DNA of 64,000 nucleotides from Pocillopora damicornis (Eukaryota): NCBI RefSeq assembly GCF_003704095.1, contig NW_020847638.1, positions 1 to 64,000 of the forward strand, read 5' to 3'. Shown piece by piece: positions 63,448 to 64,000 of this stretch (position 1 is its first letter; each line of letters starts with the position of its first letter). The notes under the pieces were generated by a model. It saw only the letters and a program-made list of their open reading frames with translations, ran no database searches and was not told where the DNA came from. The position numbers and the translations under genes were made by a program.

Positions 63448-63481
63448 GACTGAAGACGATTGCTCATCGTCTTCTTATATA
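63448..63481 (-). promoter_or_regulatory. TATA box + initiator of the secreted peptide gene
   Basis: Minus-strand TATATAA at 63481-63475 and Inr-like TCAGTC with A at 63451, i.e. TATA at -30. Confidence 0.7.
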
Positions 63482-64000
63482 GTTGATGAACGTGAGTCTA
63501 ACTTAGTAGTATTAAGATAAATTTAGAAAAGAAAAACGTTTCATCAATTTTCCGGGTATGTTTCCATCCGATTCTAACTCGAATGTAAGCCGGTTTGAAT
63601 AGGAAAAGTAAAAATACCCCTATTACTCCCTTAGTTGTTTTCAGGGTGAAATAAGGAAATAAAGGTGGGTAATAGTTTCACAAGTAGAAGATTTTCCCTT
63701 TTAGCTTACACATTTCTTTACACTAAAAAGAATAAGCGCAAATATTTGTTTCATAGCGTGCTCTGCGCGTCAACTTGCTTTGTGCAAAACGTCAATTTGC
63801 ATTGTTGTGAAAAATTAATCTTTTTATTGTATATAGCTTAAACGAAAGGAAATTGAAGTCTTAGGCTTAATTCGCATCTAGCAGCTACTTCGGTTTATTC
63901 TGTTTCAGATAAACAGCATTCACTGCATTTCTTTCTTCTTATGTTGAAGAGAGATGTTTCTGTTGGGTTTGTCTCTTACGTTGTGCCTAATAAGTGTTAC

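Overview
AT-rich, intron-containing animal genomic DNA with six N-gaps. Gene and repeat content look like a stony coral (probably a pocilloporid; this is inference). Bases 1-34 kb hold a + strand tandem cluster of four TRAF-derived genes. These are a partial TRAF-like gene with a serially duplicated coiled coil, a canonical TRAF2/3-like gene with a MATH domain, and two intact paralogs (RING + zinc fingers + short coiled coil) that stop before any MATH domain. Both MATH-less paralogs carry the same GGGGAATCCCC NF-kB site just upstream of a putative non-coding first exon. Bases 40-59 kb hold four rhodopsin-class GPCR genes: one melanocortin/adenosine-like, one LRR-containing GPCR with a short ectodomain, and a tandem pair of ~268 aa receptors with non-canonical motifs. 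At 62.6-63.4 kb a two-exon TATA/Inr gene encodes a predicted secreted precursor with an acidic pro-region, an RxxR site and a cationic 6-Cys mature peptide. Introns contain an EnSpm/CACTA-like element, a Tc1-like element, a Gypsy-like LTR element, tRNA-derived SINE-like repeats and MITEs. All gene models were spliced by eye from GT-AG boundaries and frame continuity, without transcript evidence.
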